Positions 63,786-64,000 of a stretch of DNA of 64,000 bases are shown here, in pieces. A program made the translations under genes and the position numbers. The stretch is from Octopus vulgaris. Taxonomy: Eukaryota. The stretch lies in NCBI GenBank assembly GCA_951406725.2, contig OX597824.1, positions 74,524,001-74,588,000 on the forward strand, read 5' to 3'. The notes under the pieces were generated by a model. It did no database searches and was not told the origin of the DNA. It saw only the letters and a program-made list of their open reading frames with translations. The stretch's first letter is position 1, and each line of letters opens with the position of its first letter.

Positions 63786-64000
63786 TTCTAAATGCACGAT
63801 TTCATGTATGCTATGAGACCTCCTCCTTTTACTAATCTATCTTGCTTTATCAACATGTAATTGTTTAAAATTACGTAATATTTATTTATATAATAATTGA
63901 ACCAGTGTAAGAACGGCAATGTCCATAACCATTTCAGGTTTCCCCAAGACTGGTTAGATCGATGAAGACATTACCTAATCTGAACACCTACAGGTCAATA

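Overview
Repeat-saturated, AT-rich eukaryotic (animal) DNA. The SINE families and microsatellite load resemble octopus/cephalopod sequence (inference). I found no intact protein-coding gene: nearly all listed ORFs are microsatellite or SINE translations. The window holds dozens of tRNA-derived SINEs from several modular families (my provisional labels A-F), degraded LINEs (R4/Dong, RTE, CR1/Jockey-like), DNA transposon relics (mariner, DD37D/maT, Chapaev3, hAT and pogo-type MITEs, Helitron) and three minisatellites (29, 18 and 28 bp). The most notable signal is a set of sequence-unrelated inverted-repeat elements at (TA)n tracts that carry minimal type I hammerhead ribozyme motifs typical of Penelope-like pseudo-LTRs. 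The best is a 517-bp near-perfect palindrome at 46883-47399 with a hammerhead on each strand. Also notable are (TAA)n-targeted R4/Dong copies with a possible non-coding partner, locally templated duplications, and headless SINE multimers. Coordinates were read by eye and may be off by a few bases, more for diverged elements.
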